Positions 1 through 12,150 of a DNA stretch of 64,000 bases are shown here, one piece after another (positions within the stretch are counted from its first letter, which is position 1; each line of letters starts with the position of its first letter). The translations under genes were made by a program, and so were the position numbers. Under the pieces are notes generated by a model. It saw only the letters and a program-made list of their open reading frames with translations. It was not told where the DNA came from and searched no databases. Source of the stretch: Flavobacteriales bacterium (lineage in GTDB: Bacteria; Bacteroidota; Bacteroidia; Flavobacteriales_F; PHOS-HE28); the NCBI GenBank assembly GCA_041391785.1, contig JAWKNI010000011.1:1330-65329 (forward strand), in the 5' to 3' direction.

Positions 1-3000
1 AGGCGTTGGACGTCGGCCAGCACACGGCTGTTCGCCTCCAACTGGTCACGTAGGTCGGTGTCGTTCCTGCGCAGGTCGGCGTTCTCCAGCTCGAGGGCGT
101 TCACCTTCGCGCTCAATTCCTGCACGGCATTGATCAGCAGAAAGGTGTAGGCCTGGTTGTTCACCTCACGCAGATCGTGGATGTCACCGTGCTCGGTGGT
201 GCTCACCATGTAGGGCGCCAACTCCTCCAACTCCTGGGCGATGATGCCCACCTGCTCTCCTTTTGCTTCAAAGGGCGCATCGGCATTGTAGGTGAACACC
301 ACAGGGCGCATGCGGTCGATGACCGAAAGGCCATCGGTGAACTCACGCCGGACGGTCTTGATGCGGGCATCGCTGAAGACGCCCCAGCTGCCAGTGCTGT
401 TGTTGGCCGTGCCATTCACCGAGAGTTTGGCGGTGGGGCCGTCCGTTCCGATCCCTACAGAACCTCCAGCGGTTATGGCGATCCTCGAGTCGGTGAAGTT
501 CGACCCCGTGTAGAAACGAAGATGGTCGTTCGCGTAGGTGGCACCGATAATGGCCTGCTTGGCTGTTCCATTCTCACCGAACACCAGCGCTACTTCATTG
601 GGACTGTTCGGAAAAGTTCCATTCTGTGCCTCGTTATCCAGGAACAATCCTGTGCGCTGAAGTATGGTACCCCCCGGTGAGGCGCTGATGCTGGAATGGA
701 GCCTTGCGATGGGCGCGTCCGTTCCGACCCCCAGGTAGCCGTTGGATGCCAATCGCATGCGTTCCGGGGTGGTACTCGAGCCGGAATAGAATTTCAAGTC
801 AGAGCCGATGAGGAGCATGGGTCGAAATTGGTTCCCTTCGTTCTTCGCCTCGATGCGCAATCCTTCACTGGAAGAGAAGCGGAACTTGCCCCAATGGGCG
901 TTGGACAAACTCAACCTGAACTCGCTGGCACTGGCATCGCGCACGTCGAGCAGTGCTGAAGGCGCAGCGGTACCGATCCCCACCTTGCCATCCGCCTTGA
1001 TCGTCATACGGTCCGAATTATCGGTGAACAAGGGCAGGTCGAACGCGCCGAACGTACCAATGCCACCTGTGAATCCGCCGGTGGGATCGGGCGCGATCAG
1101 GCTCAACGCGGACCCATCGTCCGTGTCCTGCAGCCGGATCCCGGCACTTGTTCCCGCGATATGAAGCTTGGCGAGCGGCGTGCTGGACCCTATGCCCACG
1201 TTGCCGTTCTGCAGCAAGGTCATTTGCGCATTCCCATTGTTGGTGGCGAATTGGAGCGGGTGGTCGGTGTGGGTCTGCAGGAAAGCTCCATTCGCGTTGT
1301 CCACGTATGTTCCAACGGCGATCGTGCTGTCCAAGCTCCGATGTCCGAAGGCCTGGCCATCTGCCCGGAGGTCCAACAGATGGGTCGGCGTTGCCGTGCC
1401 GATACCCAGATACCCATTGGTATCCACGGTCATCCGCAAGGACCCGGAAGTGAAGAAGGAGAGCGGATGTGCGCTCACGCTACCCAGTTGCATACGTTCG
1501 GCACCCGGTGTGGAACGCGCATCCAGCACACCTTTCACGGCGTTGCTTTTCATCGTGAGGCGGGCGTGTTCTCCGGCATCATCCACCAAGCCCAGGTCCG
1601 TGCCGGTAAGCAGCGCATTCGGGTCACTGGTACCGATGCCGACCTTTCTATCCAGGGTGTACAGCGTGTCCTCTGACATCTCCCAGCCCAAAGTGGTCGT
1701 ACCGAATTGTCCGGTCGCGGGGTTGTAGCCCATGGGCAGGGCCTCGTCGCAGAACAGTTGGATCACCTTCATATCGTCCGGATCACTATCCAGCACATAG
1801 GCGTAATTGCCTGAAAGGGCCACGGAAAGCACATTCGGTCCGAGCGCAAGACCACCTGCGAGGGTGGGCCCCGTTGGGTCACTGATGTCGATCACCTGTA
1901 GCCCGTTGGAATTTTGTGCCACACACGCGTAGTCGCCCGATACGGCCACGGAGTTGGAGCCGGTTCCGATCGCCAGAGCGCCTGCCAGGGTGGGCGTGGT
2001 CGGGTCACTGATGTCGATCACCTTCAGTCCGCTGGCATTTTGCACCACGTACGCATGGTTGCCTGAAACGGTCACGGAGCCGGTGCCTGGTCCGATCCCC
2101 AGAGCGCCAGCCAGGGTGGGCGTGGTCGGGTCACTGATGTCGATCACCTTCAGGTCATTGGAACCGGCATCCACCACATAGGCGTAGCTGCCAGAAACGG
2201 CCAGGGAGATAGGGTTCGATCCAAGTACCAAGCTGCCTGCCTGAACGGGTGAGGCCGGATCGCTGATGTCCATCACGACGAGGGAGTGGGAAGCGAGTTC
2301 GAGGATGTGGACGTAGTTCCCTGATATCGCCACTTTAAGCGCCAATCCTCCGGAGAATGGACCGCCAGCCAGGGTGGGCGTGGTCGGGTCGCTGATGTCG
2401 ATCAACTGGAAGTACCTGGAACCGACTCCCCCTACACAGGCGTAGTTGCTCGAAACGGCCAGGGAGAAATTGCCTGGCCCGACCCCGAAACTGCTTGCCG
2501 AGATCGACCCGGCGGGGTCGCTGATATCGATCACCTCAAGGTCTCCGTCGAACTGGTCCAGCACATAGGCGTAATTGCCTGAAACGGCCACGGCTATTGG
2601 GCTCTGTCCATTATCCAGGCTGGTTGCGATACGGAGGCATGAAATGTCCGGCGCGGGCACGTTGCCATTTCCGAACAAGCCCGCCGCGCTCAACTCCTGC
2701 CAACTCGCGTTGCCATCGGCGTCGCTGGTCAGGATCAGCTTGTCACCCTGGGTACCGTCCTGGTACTTCAGTTTACCGGATACATGCAGCGTGGTGTCCG
2801 GAGAAGCCGTGCCGATACCCACGCGCTTGGCACCATTATGCAATGTATCTGCACTCACCTGCCAGCCTTCCACCGCCACGAACGCACCGGTCACCGGGTC
2901 ATAGGCCAATTGTTGCTGTGCGCTGGGGCAGAAGAGCTCGATCACCTTCAGGTCATCGGAACCGGCATCAGCCACGTAAGCGAAGTAACCCGAAACCGCC

Positions 3001-4470
3001 ACGGATCGTGGGTCCGGCCCTATCGATAGGCTACCACTGAGGACCGGGCTTGCAGGATCGCTGATGTCGATCACCTTCAGATCATCGGCATCACGGTCCA
3101 CCACATAGGCATAGCTGCTGGAAACGACCAAGGAAAATGGTTCTGTTCCTATGCCAATGCTCCCAATGAGAGCTGGGCTTGCGGGACTGCTGACGTCGAT
3201 CACCTTCAGATCGTCGGTATCGGGATCGATCACATAGGCGTAATTGCCAGAAACAGCTACGGATATTGGGAACGTTCCGATCCCGAGGCTGCCAGTGAGC
3301 ACCGGATCAGCCGGGTTGCTGACATCGATCACTTTCAGGTCGTCGGAAGTGATGTCCACTACGTAGGCGTAATTTCCAGAGACGGCAACGAAGATCGGAT
3401 CCGATCCGACCCCGAGGCTGCCGGTCAGCACCGGGCTGGAAGGGCTGCTGATATCGATCACCTTCAGGTCGGAGGTCCCTTGGCCCACCACATAGGCGTA
3501 GCTGCCAGAGACGGCTACACATGCTGGAGCCGGCCCGACCCCGAGGCTGCCACTGAGCACCGGGCTGCCAGGACTGCTGATATCGATCACCTTCAGATCA
3601 CCGGCGCCTTGGCCCACCACGTAGGCGTAGTTGCCGGAGACAGCTACGGATACCGGGAGTGAACCGACCCCCAGGCTACCACTGAGCACCGGACTATCGG
3701 GGCTGCTGATATCGATCACCTGCAGACCTGCGGAAGCAAAGTCCACCACGTAGGCGTAGTTGCCAGAGACCGCGACGGACGTTGGTCCTGTACCTATTCC
3801 CAGGCTGCCGGCAATGCCGAGGCAGGACAGGTCATAACTCGATGCAGGTGGGAGGTTCCCGACACCGAGCAAGATTTCTGCGCTCAAGTCCTGCCAACTC
3901 GCGTTGCCATCGGCATCACTGGTCAGGATCTTCTTGTCGCCCTGGGTTCCGTCCTTCAACTGGAAGGTGCCTTCCACATCCAGGTCATGGCTGGGGGTGC
4001 TGGTACCGATGCCCACCCGCCGGCCATTGCTATGCACGGTGTCACCGCTCAGCACCCAGTCGCCATCATCGGCCATGTCGGCGGTCTTGGCGTGCAAGGC
4101 ATAGGGTACGCTGAGCAATTGCTGGGTGCCCACGCTCGCGTAGCTGCTCCGCCCGCAGGGTCCATCCCCACACCTCCAGGAAGTAGGGCCGGCGCTCCAG
4201 TCGATGGCCGCGAAGGTCTCCGCACCCGGCGTGCCATTGCCCACTTCCGGGAGAAGAGGCCCAGCTGTCGTTCGTGGTCGGGCTGTGCGTCTCGAATACA
4301 CCACCATTGCCGGCCTCCTGGTGCAGCTGGAATTGCACACCGATGGCGGTGTTCACCAGGCATCACCACCGGCATCGCGTGCCACGCCCTGGTAGTTGAA
4401 GGATTCCGGTGTTTGGGCCAGCAGGCTGGTTCCGAGCAGCAGGACGATCGATAGCGCGCAGGTCTCATGT
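1..4470 (-). pseudogene. Very large tail-fiber-like surface protein, >1,450 aa; the 3' end runs off the window start. It has a signal peptide ('LSIVLLLGTSLLAQT'), a 'PESFNYQGVARD' N-terminal region, about 15 repeats of ~40 aa of LVIVD/beta-propeller type ('DLKVIDIS.P..P.L.GSLG.G..P..VAVSGNYAYVV'), and a C-terminal peptidase S74 intramolecular-chaperone domain ('SDARIKTVRREFTDGLSVIDRMRPVVFTYNADAPFEAKGEQVGIIAQELEELAPYMV...') followed by a coiled coil. The body from ~4,255 down to 1 is one open frame. The N-terminal 250 bp (4,200-4,470) needs at least three frame changes.
   Basis: Manual translation of the reverse strand. The repeat unit is visible in the DNA as recurring 'ctgatatcgatcaccttcag'. 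The S74 motif SDxR(I/L)K, the hydrophobic core and the terminal coiled coil were read directly. The 'NYQ(A/G)VARD' start is typical of Bacteroidota tail-fiber-domain proteins. No stop was found in the main frame across more than 4 kb. Confidence 0.7.
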
Positions 4471-4611
4471 CCGTATGGTCTATTCGTTGGTGGTCGATCG
4501 GCAGTACGATCGTGATGGAACAAAGCAGCACCATATGGGCCGCGGCATCAATCGTTGGTTCCAATGAGATCGTGCCGAACCGCGCTGAACCTTTATCTTG
4601 AACGCTGCGTC

Positions 4612-7600
4612 ATGTTCGCGCGTTGAACATCCTCTACCTGCTGCTCTCAGCGTCGGTCTTCGGTCAGTTGATCGAGCAGGAGGTGCGCTACGATGCGGCC
4701 CGCATCACCATCGACGATGGCCTGCCGCAGGGCATGGTGCAGGACATCCTGCAGGACCGGCAGGGCTATCTCTGGTTCACCACCAAGGATGGCCTTGCGC
4801 GCAGCGATGGGTATGCCTTCACCATCTTCCAGCACGACCCCGAGGACCCGGCCAGCATCGCGGGCAACCACAGCGACCTGCTCTTCGAGGACCGCAACGG
4901 CGGCTTGTGGATCGCGGTGTTCGGCGAGGGTCTGGACCGCTACGATGCGCACCGGACGCTTCGATCGTGTGCACTTCCCGGTCGGCACGCCGCGCCGAAG
5001 CCTTTCTGGACGTGGACCGGATGCGTAGAAGGGCCGCAGGGCAGGATCGCGGTTCACCTCGGTCGGGGAATACCTGTACGTGGTGGACCCGAAGGACCCA
5101 GAACTGCTGGCGCAGCCGCACGAACGATGTACCCGAAGAGCGCACATCCCGACGCGGGTCAGCTACTTCGAGTTCGATGCCACTGGCGCGTTATGGGTCA
5201 TGAACAGCGACAGCGTGGTGTGTGATCCATCACTGCGTGGATGAGAACGGATGCTGCCCGTCTGGCGGATCCCTCACCGTTCCACCCGCAATGGGACCCT
5301 GGAGAAACACCCGATGGTGTACTGGCAGCAGGGGCACAAGGTGGTGGTCTCCATACCGTCCATGCTGCTGCTCATCGATACGGACATGCATGCCGTGGAT
5401 ACACTGCACGTTCCTGTTGATGGCCACGTGTGGTTCACGCAGCTGGTGGATGATGCCGGACGCCTCTGGTACCGCACGGACGACAACCGCATCTGGCGCG
5501 TGGACCTGCGCACGGGCCGCTTCGAGCCGCTGCACTTCACCGCCGATGGCAAGGACGTGTATCTGGAGTTCCAGACCGTGCTGTTCCGGTGTCAGGACCG
5601 CAGTGGCAACCTGTGGGGAGGCAGCAAGGGCTACGGCGTGTTCAAGCTGGGCCGCACCAGCGCGCTCGGCGACGCGCCTCGGTGAGATGGACGGCTACTA
5701 CGTGGACGCACTGCATCCTCGGGCACCGCCAGATACGCCATGACGCGCCATGCCTTCCGGGAGGACCCGGCGCCTGCCCCTGGCTGGCTGCGGTACACGA
5801 TCGGCACCACCGTGAACGGCAGGAACTGGATCGGAGCGGTCACCGATACCGGGGCCGCACCTGGGGTGTGCTCGCGGACGGGACGTTCAGCCGGCCGTGC
5901 TGGGTTACCTGGACACGGGAGGCGCCTTCCATACCGCCGACCTCCTGGAGGATGCCCCAGTCGCGTGTTCCATGGCCGTGGGTCGCAGAGTCGGGTGGTA
6001 ACTTCCGGTGGCCGGAGACCTGGAATCTGCCGGTGGACCTGGTGTGCATCGATACTGACGCCATGTACATGTGATCGGGCCACCATTCCTTTCCGGTGGA
6101 TTTCCTGCTCTCGAAGTACTGGCCCATCTCGCAATGGTCGGTGGCACCCGATGGCAGCATCGGATGGCCACCATGGAAGGGCTGCTCACGTTGGATCCGG
6201 AGAAGAACGCCTGGCACCTTCCAGCACGGCCCGCCGATCGACCAGCCTGCCGGGAACCTGCTCTTCTCCCTGTGCCGGACCCGGACAGGCCGGACCACTT
6301 CATATGGGTGGGCACGGAAAGCGCCGGTATGGCGAGGCTGGACAAGCGCACTGGAGTTGCACACGGGTCTCCACCGTCGATGGTCTGCCGAACAACGTGA
6401 TGCGGCATCCTCCCCGATGCGGAGGGACGGCTCTGGGTCGGCACCAATTTGGGCCTTTGCCGCTACGATCCCCGCACAGGGGCCGCGCGCACCTTCACGA
6501 AGGACGATGGCATCGCGGGGAACGAGTTCAACCGCTACGGGTCGCTGGTGCTCCCGGACGGGTCCATGTTCTTCGACGGCATGGACGGCGGCACCTCCTT
6601 CCGACCGGCAGATCTGAAGAGCAGCAATGGACCAAGCCCCACGTTGCTCACGGGCATCCGGCTTGCCACCCGGTCCATTGCCATCCACGAATTGCTTGAT
6701 ACGGCTCGTTCATCCTTGTCGATCACTACCGCACAACGAGCCCTTATCACCTTCCGCTTCGCTATGATGGACCACACGGCGCCGAAGCGCAACACCTTCC
6801 GCTACCGTCTGGTCGGATATACGGATCAATGGATCGACGGCAGCACGCGCAATGAGGCCACCTTCACCAATCTGGACCCCGGCGACTACACCTTCGAGGT
6901 GCAGGGCACCGACCATGAAGGGATGGTCGATCCCCATCTCGCATCCATCCATCTTTCCATCCTGCCGCCTTGGTGGCGCACTTGATAGTTCCGCGCAGCC
7001 TTGGCGCTGCTGATCATGGGCTCCGTGTATGCCTTGTACCGGATCCGTCTTGAGCAACAACTGCGCGGCTCCGTTTGCGGGAGCACATCGCACGCGACCT
7101 GCATGACGAGATCGGCTCCACCCTGAGCAGTGTGGCGCTCTACGGGGCTGTTGCCCGGAAGAAGCTCGCGAACATCGGTCCGGAAGGCGGGCGGCTGCTG
7201 GAACGCATCAGCGAGGCACCACCAGCGCCATGGAATCCATCAACGACATCGTATGGACCGTGAACGCCTCCAAGGACAGCCTGGCCGACCTCGCCGAACG
7301 CATGCGCAGCCGTACCACCCCTTATGCGAAGCACGCGGGGTTACCCTGGACCTGCAGGTGGATGAGGCCTTGTTGCAGGATCGCCTGAACATGGGCCAGC
7401 GCAAGAACCTCTACCTCATCTTCAAAGGAAGCGGTGAACAACGCGATCGAGTATGCCGCGTGCAGCCGCATCTGCCATCCGACTGTCCGGCAGCGGCGGG
7501 CGCCTCACCATGACCATTGCCGATGATGGTCGCGGCTTCGACCCGGAGGTGAACAGCGGTCCGGGACCGGGCGGGAATGGGCTGGGCAACATGCGGGAAC

Positions 7601-7700
7601 GCGGGGCCGAAGCGGGTGGTGTATGTACCATCAGTTCCGAGATCGGCCGCGGCACCACGGTCACCTTCCGCACCCGGGCGGGGACTTGAACGGCGGGCAT
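4612..7700 (+). pseudogene. Sensor histidine kinase. Domains in order: two-component-regulator beta-propeller repeats, a Y_Y_Y domain, a transmembrane helix, a HisKA_3 dimerisation domain ('REHIARDLHDEIGSTLSSVALY') and HATPase_c ('TIADDGRGFDPE...GNGLGNMRERGAEAGG'). It is split across at least 8 frames by indels, including one at the start codon region ('MFAR*' / 'LNILYLLLSASVFGQ').
   Basis: Domain-diagnostic motifs read in successive ORF fragments: 4623, 4693, 5251, 6071, 6449, 7075, 7130 and 7453. Confidence 0.65.
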
Positions 7701-7752
7701 CTCATTGCATCCAATGAGGCGCGGCCCGGAAGCACGATCCTAATTTCGCCCC

Positions 7753-8400
7753 ATGCTGCGCATCGCCATCTTCGACGACCATGCCCAACGGCGGGAGAGC
7801 CTGAGCTGCTGATCGACGCCACCGACGGCATGGTGTGCGTGGGCGCGCCTTCCCCGACTGCCGCGATGTGGTGAAGCACGTGGCTCAATGTGATCGCAGG
7901 TGATCCTCATGGACATCGACATGCCGCATGTGGATGGCGTGGAGGGCGTCACCCTGATCGCAAACAGTTCAAGGATGTGAAGATCCTGATGCAGACCGTG
8001 CTGGAGGACAACGAGCGGCTCTTCGCCTCCATCGTGGCCGGTGCGGATGGTTACCTGCTGAAGCAGACCACGCGAGCGGCTGATCGCGGCCATCCAGGAA
8101 GTACACCAGGGCGGTGCGCCCATGACCCCCACCATCGCCCGCAAGGTGCTGCAGCTGGTGGGTGTCCGCTCAGGAAAGACCGGTGGTGCGCATGACTTCC
8201 ACCTCACCGGGCGCGAGGCAGAGATCCTGGCACTGCTCGTGGACGGACTCAGCTACAAGCAGATCGCCGAGCGCTGCTCCATCAGCTACCCCACGGTGAA
8301 CACGCACATCACGCACATCTATAAGAAGCTGCACGTGGATTCCGTGGCCGCCGCCGTGAAGGTGGCGATGCGAGAAGTTGGTGTGAGTATTCGCTGCGAT
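7753..8400 (+). pseudogene. NarL/FixJ (LuxR-type) response regulator with a REC domain and an HTH_LuxR domain ('LTGREAEILALLVDGLSYKQIAERCSISYPTVNTHITHIYKKLHVDSVAAAVKVAMR'). The REC domain is broken by several frameshifts and stops.
   Basis: 'MLRIAIFDDH...' starts at ATG 7753. 'ILMDIDMPHVDGVEGV' and the HTH were read in different frames. The gene sits immediately downstream of the kinase. Confidence 0.6.
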
Positions 8401-9663
8401 GGCTGCATCACCCTCGCGTTGATGAGCACTTTGCATCCAGATCGTCCATTCAACCATGCGGTGATCCGGCATGTGGATCGTGTCACTGAATCTTGCTCAC
8501 GCGTACGACCCGAGCTGGTGAATCCAGCGGAACGATGCCAGAAGTACGAACCAGGTGGATACTCACCCAGATCGACCTCCACCCTATTTAAGAGCGCACG
8601 ACTTCGCTGCCATGTGAGGCGACCCAGTGCATCCAAGAGTTGCACATCCGCCACCCCGGGTCTCGTGCTGTTCCATTGTACGATCGCCCGGTCCCGGGTG
8701 GGATTGGGGAAGACCGTCACCTGCTGAGCTTCAAACTTTTCGATCCCGATCGCCAACCGCGTGGGCATGGTGCCCGTGATGTAGTGGATCAACCCGCCAA
8801 CGGCGGTTGGTATAGGTCAGCGAACGTACTCCCGTCCGCCGCGATCTCCAACAGGCCGTATTGCCGTTCAAGGTTCCTGCGGCGAAGATGCTGCGACCAT
8901 CCTCGCTCCAGACGGCGTGCTGGTGAAGGTGGCGCTGTCCGTGGGCGCGTTCAGGTGAGCTGCGTCAAGCTGTCCCGTTCAGTTTGATCTTGTAGTAATT
9001 CACCACGTTCAAGCCATATTCCACACCCGCAGCGTAGAGCCCATTACTTCGGCTGAAGAGGATCCATTCGCCATCAGGTGACCACACCGGCCAGGTGTCG
9101 AAGGCGGTATTGGGGATGGGCGTCCGGCCAGTGCCATCGCGGGCCACCGTGAAGAGGATGCGAAGACATTGTGCCCCACCACCAGTCCATCACTCTGCCG
9201 GATGCGCGGTGCATCGTCATCACAGATGCCGCTCATGGTCCCAAGTACCGTGGCGTTATCGAAGCTGTTGTTGTAGATGTTGCAGCCATAGGAGACCGCC
9301 GAAGTGCTATCACTTTCGAACAGGTCGTATCCTACAAGGAAGTCGTTATTGTTGAAGAGGACGAACTCGCTGCCGCCGTTAACGGTGCGACGGACCCATT
9401 GCCCGCTGTTCAAAAGGTTACCGAACCAGCCGTTCGCCAAGGATCCTTTGATGTAGAGCAAATAACGCCCATTCATCACCAACTGCGGGATGGTGGCGGT
9501 ATCCAGCAGCATGGCATCCATACCCAGGCCGTCGTTGATGCGGATGAGCGTGGTCGCCCTCCATGCGTGAGTAGATCAGGTGGTCCTGATAGTCCTGTGC
9601 AGACATCATGGAACAGGTGAAAGCTGCAGTAGCAAGAACGAGGCTGCGCATGGATGACTTCAT
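8400..9663 (-). pseudogene. Secreted protein with a signal peptide ('MKSSMRSLVLATAAFTCSMMSAQ') and a C-terminal T9SS type-A sorting domain ('VTVFPNPTRDRAIVQW...GSYFW'). It is frameshifted at least 3 times.
   Basis: The pieces are ORFs 9418-9663, 9009-9521, 8965-9147 and 8319-8792, all on the minus strand. Confidence 0.5.
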
Positions 9664-9699
9664 GAGGTGTCAAGTGTTGTTCCGTACTACAATGACGTT

Positions 9700-12031
9700 C
9701 AATGGGCGACTTGCGCGGGAAGTGTGAGCGGGGTCCATCCTGCACTGTAAGTCGAAGGAAATAGGTGCCGTTCGCCAACCCGCTCAGGTCGAATGTGACG
9801 GGTGCATTGAACGCGAGCGCGGAGGTCTGCACCATGCGTCCCATCGTATCCATGAGCTTCACATGGACCGTTCGTCCTTCCATCGCCAACCATTGGACCG
9901 TGACAACGTCGCGCGTGGGGTTCGGGAAGAGGATCGGCTTGACGTCCAGGTTCTCTCCGGCTATCACGGTGCTGAGATCGTGGGTCTGCTGGAAACCCTG
10001 CGTGGTGATGAACGTGGCGCTTGTCGCGGTGCTCACGATGAGATCGCCCGGTGTATTCCAATTGGATGGATCCGGCCGAAGCCAGCGTACCGCCGCAGGA
10101 TGCGAGCGGCGTTCCAACTGCACCTGGGGATGCGCGATGCAAGCCAGGAGAATAGCTGAACAGGTGATCTCTGCTCTCATGGTCTCTGTGTACTCAAAGT
10201 TTCCACCAAGGACCGCAGCCGGACGATCTCGGATGCGTCGTTCTTCGTCCCTCGCCTGCAGTTCATCCACCATGACCGCCAGTTCCTGCACGGCTTTCAC
10301 AGGGGCACAACAGGGTCTCGTAGCTCAGGGAGTACACCTCCTTGTCGCTCTTCGGCAGGTGCAGGCCGCTGAAGTCATAGCCTGTCTCCTTGGCGGCCTG
10401 TTCCACTTCCTGCGCCAGAAAGCCACTGAAGAGGATCTTTTCGATGTCGTACTTCTCCGGGTAGTCCGCGTGGGCTTGTTCCCGGTCAGTTCGGCGTGCC
10501 GGTCGATATCGCGATGGTAGGTGACCGGTCGCAGACGCGTAATGAAATCCAGCCCGTGCACGCCGTCGCCAACCATCCGCTTCACGCGTGCATCCGAGAG
10601 AAGGTCGACCAGGTGACATTGCCGCCATTCCAGGTCGTGCTCAGGTTGCCGATGAATGCCTGATCACTGAACGCGTTCAAGTAACCATAGTTGCCGATAC
10701 TGATCGTGTTCGTGAAGCTGGCTGTCGTTCCGGAACCCCAACCAACGGCTACATTATCGTCCCCGGTCACATTGTCGCTCAGCGCGAGGTTCCCAATGGC
10801 CGTGTTGAAGTATCCTGAGGTGTTCTCGGATTGAGCTTGATGCGAGCCGTTCTCCCGGTCGCGTTCTTCAATGCATCGTTGCCGATGGCGACATTGAAAC
10901 TCCATGAGTTGAACATGACGCCTGTCTACCAAGGCCAACATGGGTGCGGTAGTGTTGTTCAGCAACGCGAACTGTCCGATCGCGGTGTTGTGCGATCCGT
11001 GGTATTGTAGCGCAAGGTGAGGGCCCCGACACCGCAATTGCCTTGCCCCGTCGTGTTGAGGGCGGAGTGCCTCCGAACCGATAGCCGTGTTCTCGTCGCC
11101 GTTGCTGAATTCAAGCGCGTTTCGCCGAGCGCTGAGTTCCCGTAGCCGGTGGTGTTCGTGAAAAGGCTTCGGTATCCCACTGCCGTGTTCCCGGATGCGC
11201 TCCCGTTGGCCGCAAGAGCCAACGAACCGATCACTGTGTTCCCGCTTGCCATGTTCGCGTACAAGGCACCGGTACCGATCGCCGTGTTGTCATTGCCGGT
11301 CGTGTTGAATGAAAGGGCGGCCTGGCCCACGGAAGTATTGCTGGATCCTGAACTGTTGTATCGTCCAGCATAACCACCCACCGCGGTGTTGTTCCCGCCC
11401 GTTGTGTTGGACGTTAACGCATTGGCCCCGAAGGCACTGTTCACCGTTCCGGATGTGTTGTCCAGCATGGCATTCGCGCCCAGGCTCGTATTTCCTGTGC
11501 CGACCAGATCGATCCTTCCGGCCTCAACGCCGGCCACTTTGAACACCAGCGGCTGCGCGTCGCTCGTACCGATGAAGTCCGTGTTGGGATCCGTACCCGA
11601 ATTGCCATTCAACCCCCAACCGGTCGAACCACTTCCGCTGCTTTCCGCATACTTGGCATAAGGCACGCTCACCAGTTGCTGGGCACCCAGGTCCACATAC
11701 CCACCTCCGGGTTCGCTTCCACCTGCAGCCAGTAGCTGCCGGTGCCATGCGATGCCAGCTATCAGAGCCGTTCACCCCACGGTGCCACCGCCCACCTGCG
11801 CGTTGAACACGCCGAAGGCATTCGTGGTGACAGCATGCGTCTCGCGATACACGTTGGTACCGGTGGCACTTCCCTGCCGCACGGTAAAGCGCACCGTCAG
11901 GCCCGAGTTCGCGAGGATGTTGCCGCCCCATCGCGCGCGGCCGCCTGGTAGTTCATCAGGTCAGGCGACTGAGCATGGAGCAGGGCCAGGGCCAGCATGA
12001 GGGACAGCGCAAGAGTGTTGAGGTGCTTCAT
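9700..12031 (-). pseudogene. Second tail-fiber-like protein. It has a signal peptide plus 'MNYQAAARDG', Asn/Thr-rich 'NTAIG/NTAVG' fibre repeats, a peptidase S74 chaperone domain ('SDARVKRMVGDGVHGLDFITRLRPVTYHRD...YPEKYDIEKILFSGFLAQEVEQAAKETGYDFSGL') and a T9SS type-A C-terminal domain ('ILFPNPTRDVVTVQW...NGTYFLRLTVQDG'). There are at least 5 frameshifts.
   Basis: Fragments 11897-12082, 11524-11931, 10959-11696, 10582-11037, 10325-10585, 10263-10628 and 9476-10300 on the minus strand chain together into one architecture. Confidence 0.6.
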
Positions 12032-12150
12032 CGCCTGGGATTGATGTTCGCCTGTGCCAAAGCACATACGATCGTCCCGCACGATCCTTCACATCTTGAT
12101 GCTACCTGCCTGGTCTCGATCGATCGCACACGGCAGCGCACCTTTGTTGG

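Noticed and set aside
5740-6699. Overlapping 282-319-aa ORFs on both strands inside the kinase region
   Set aside because: They are alternative-frame artefacts of the frameshifted sensor-kinase gene. The Y_Y_Y and propeller motifs are recoverable only by switching frames.
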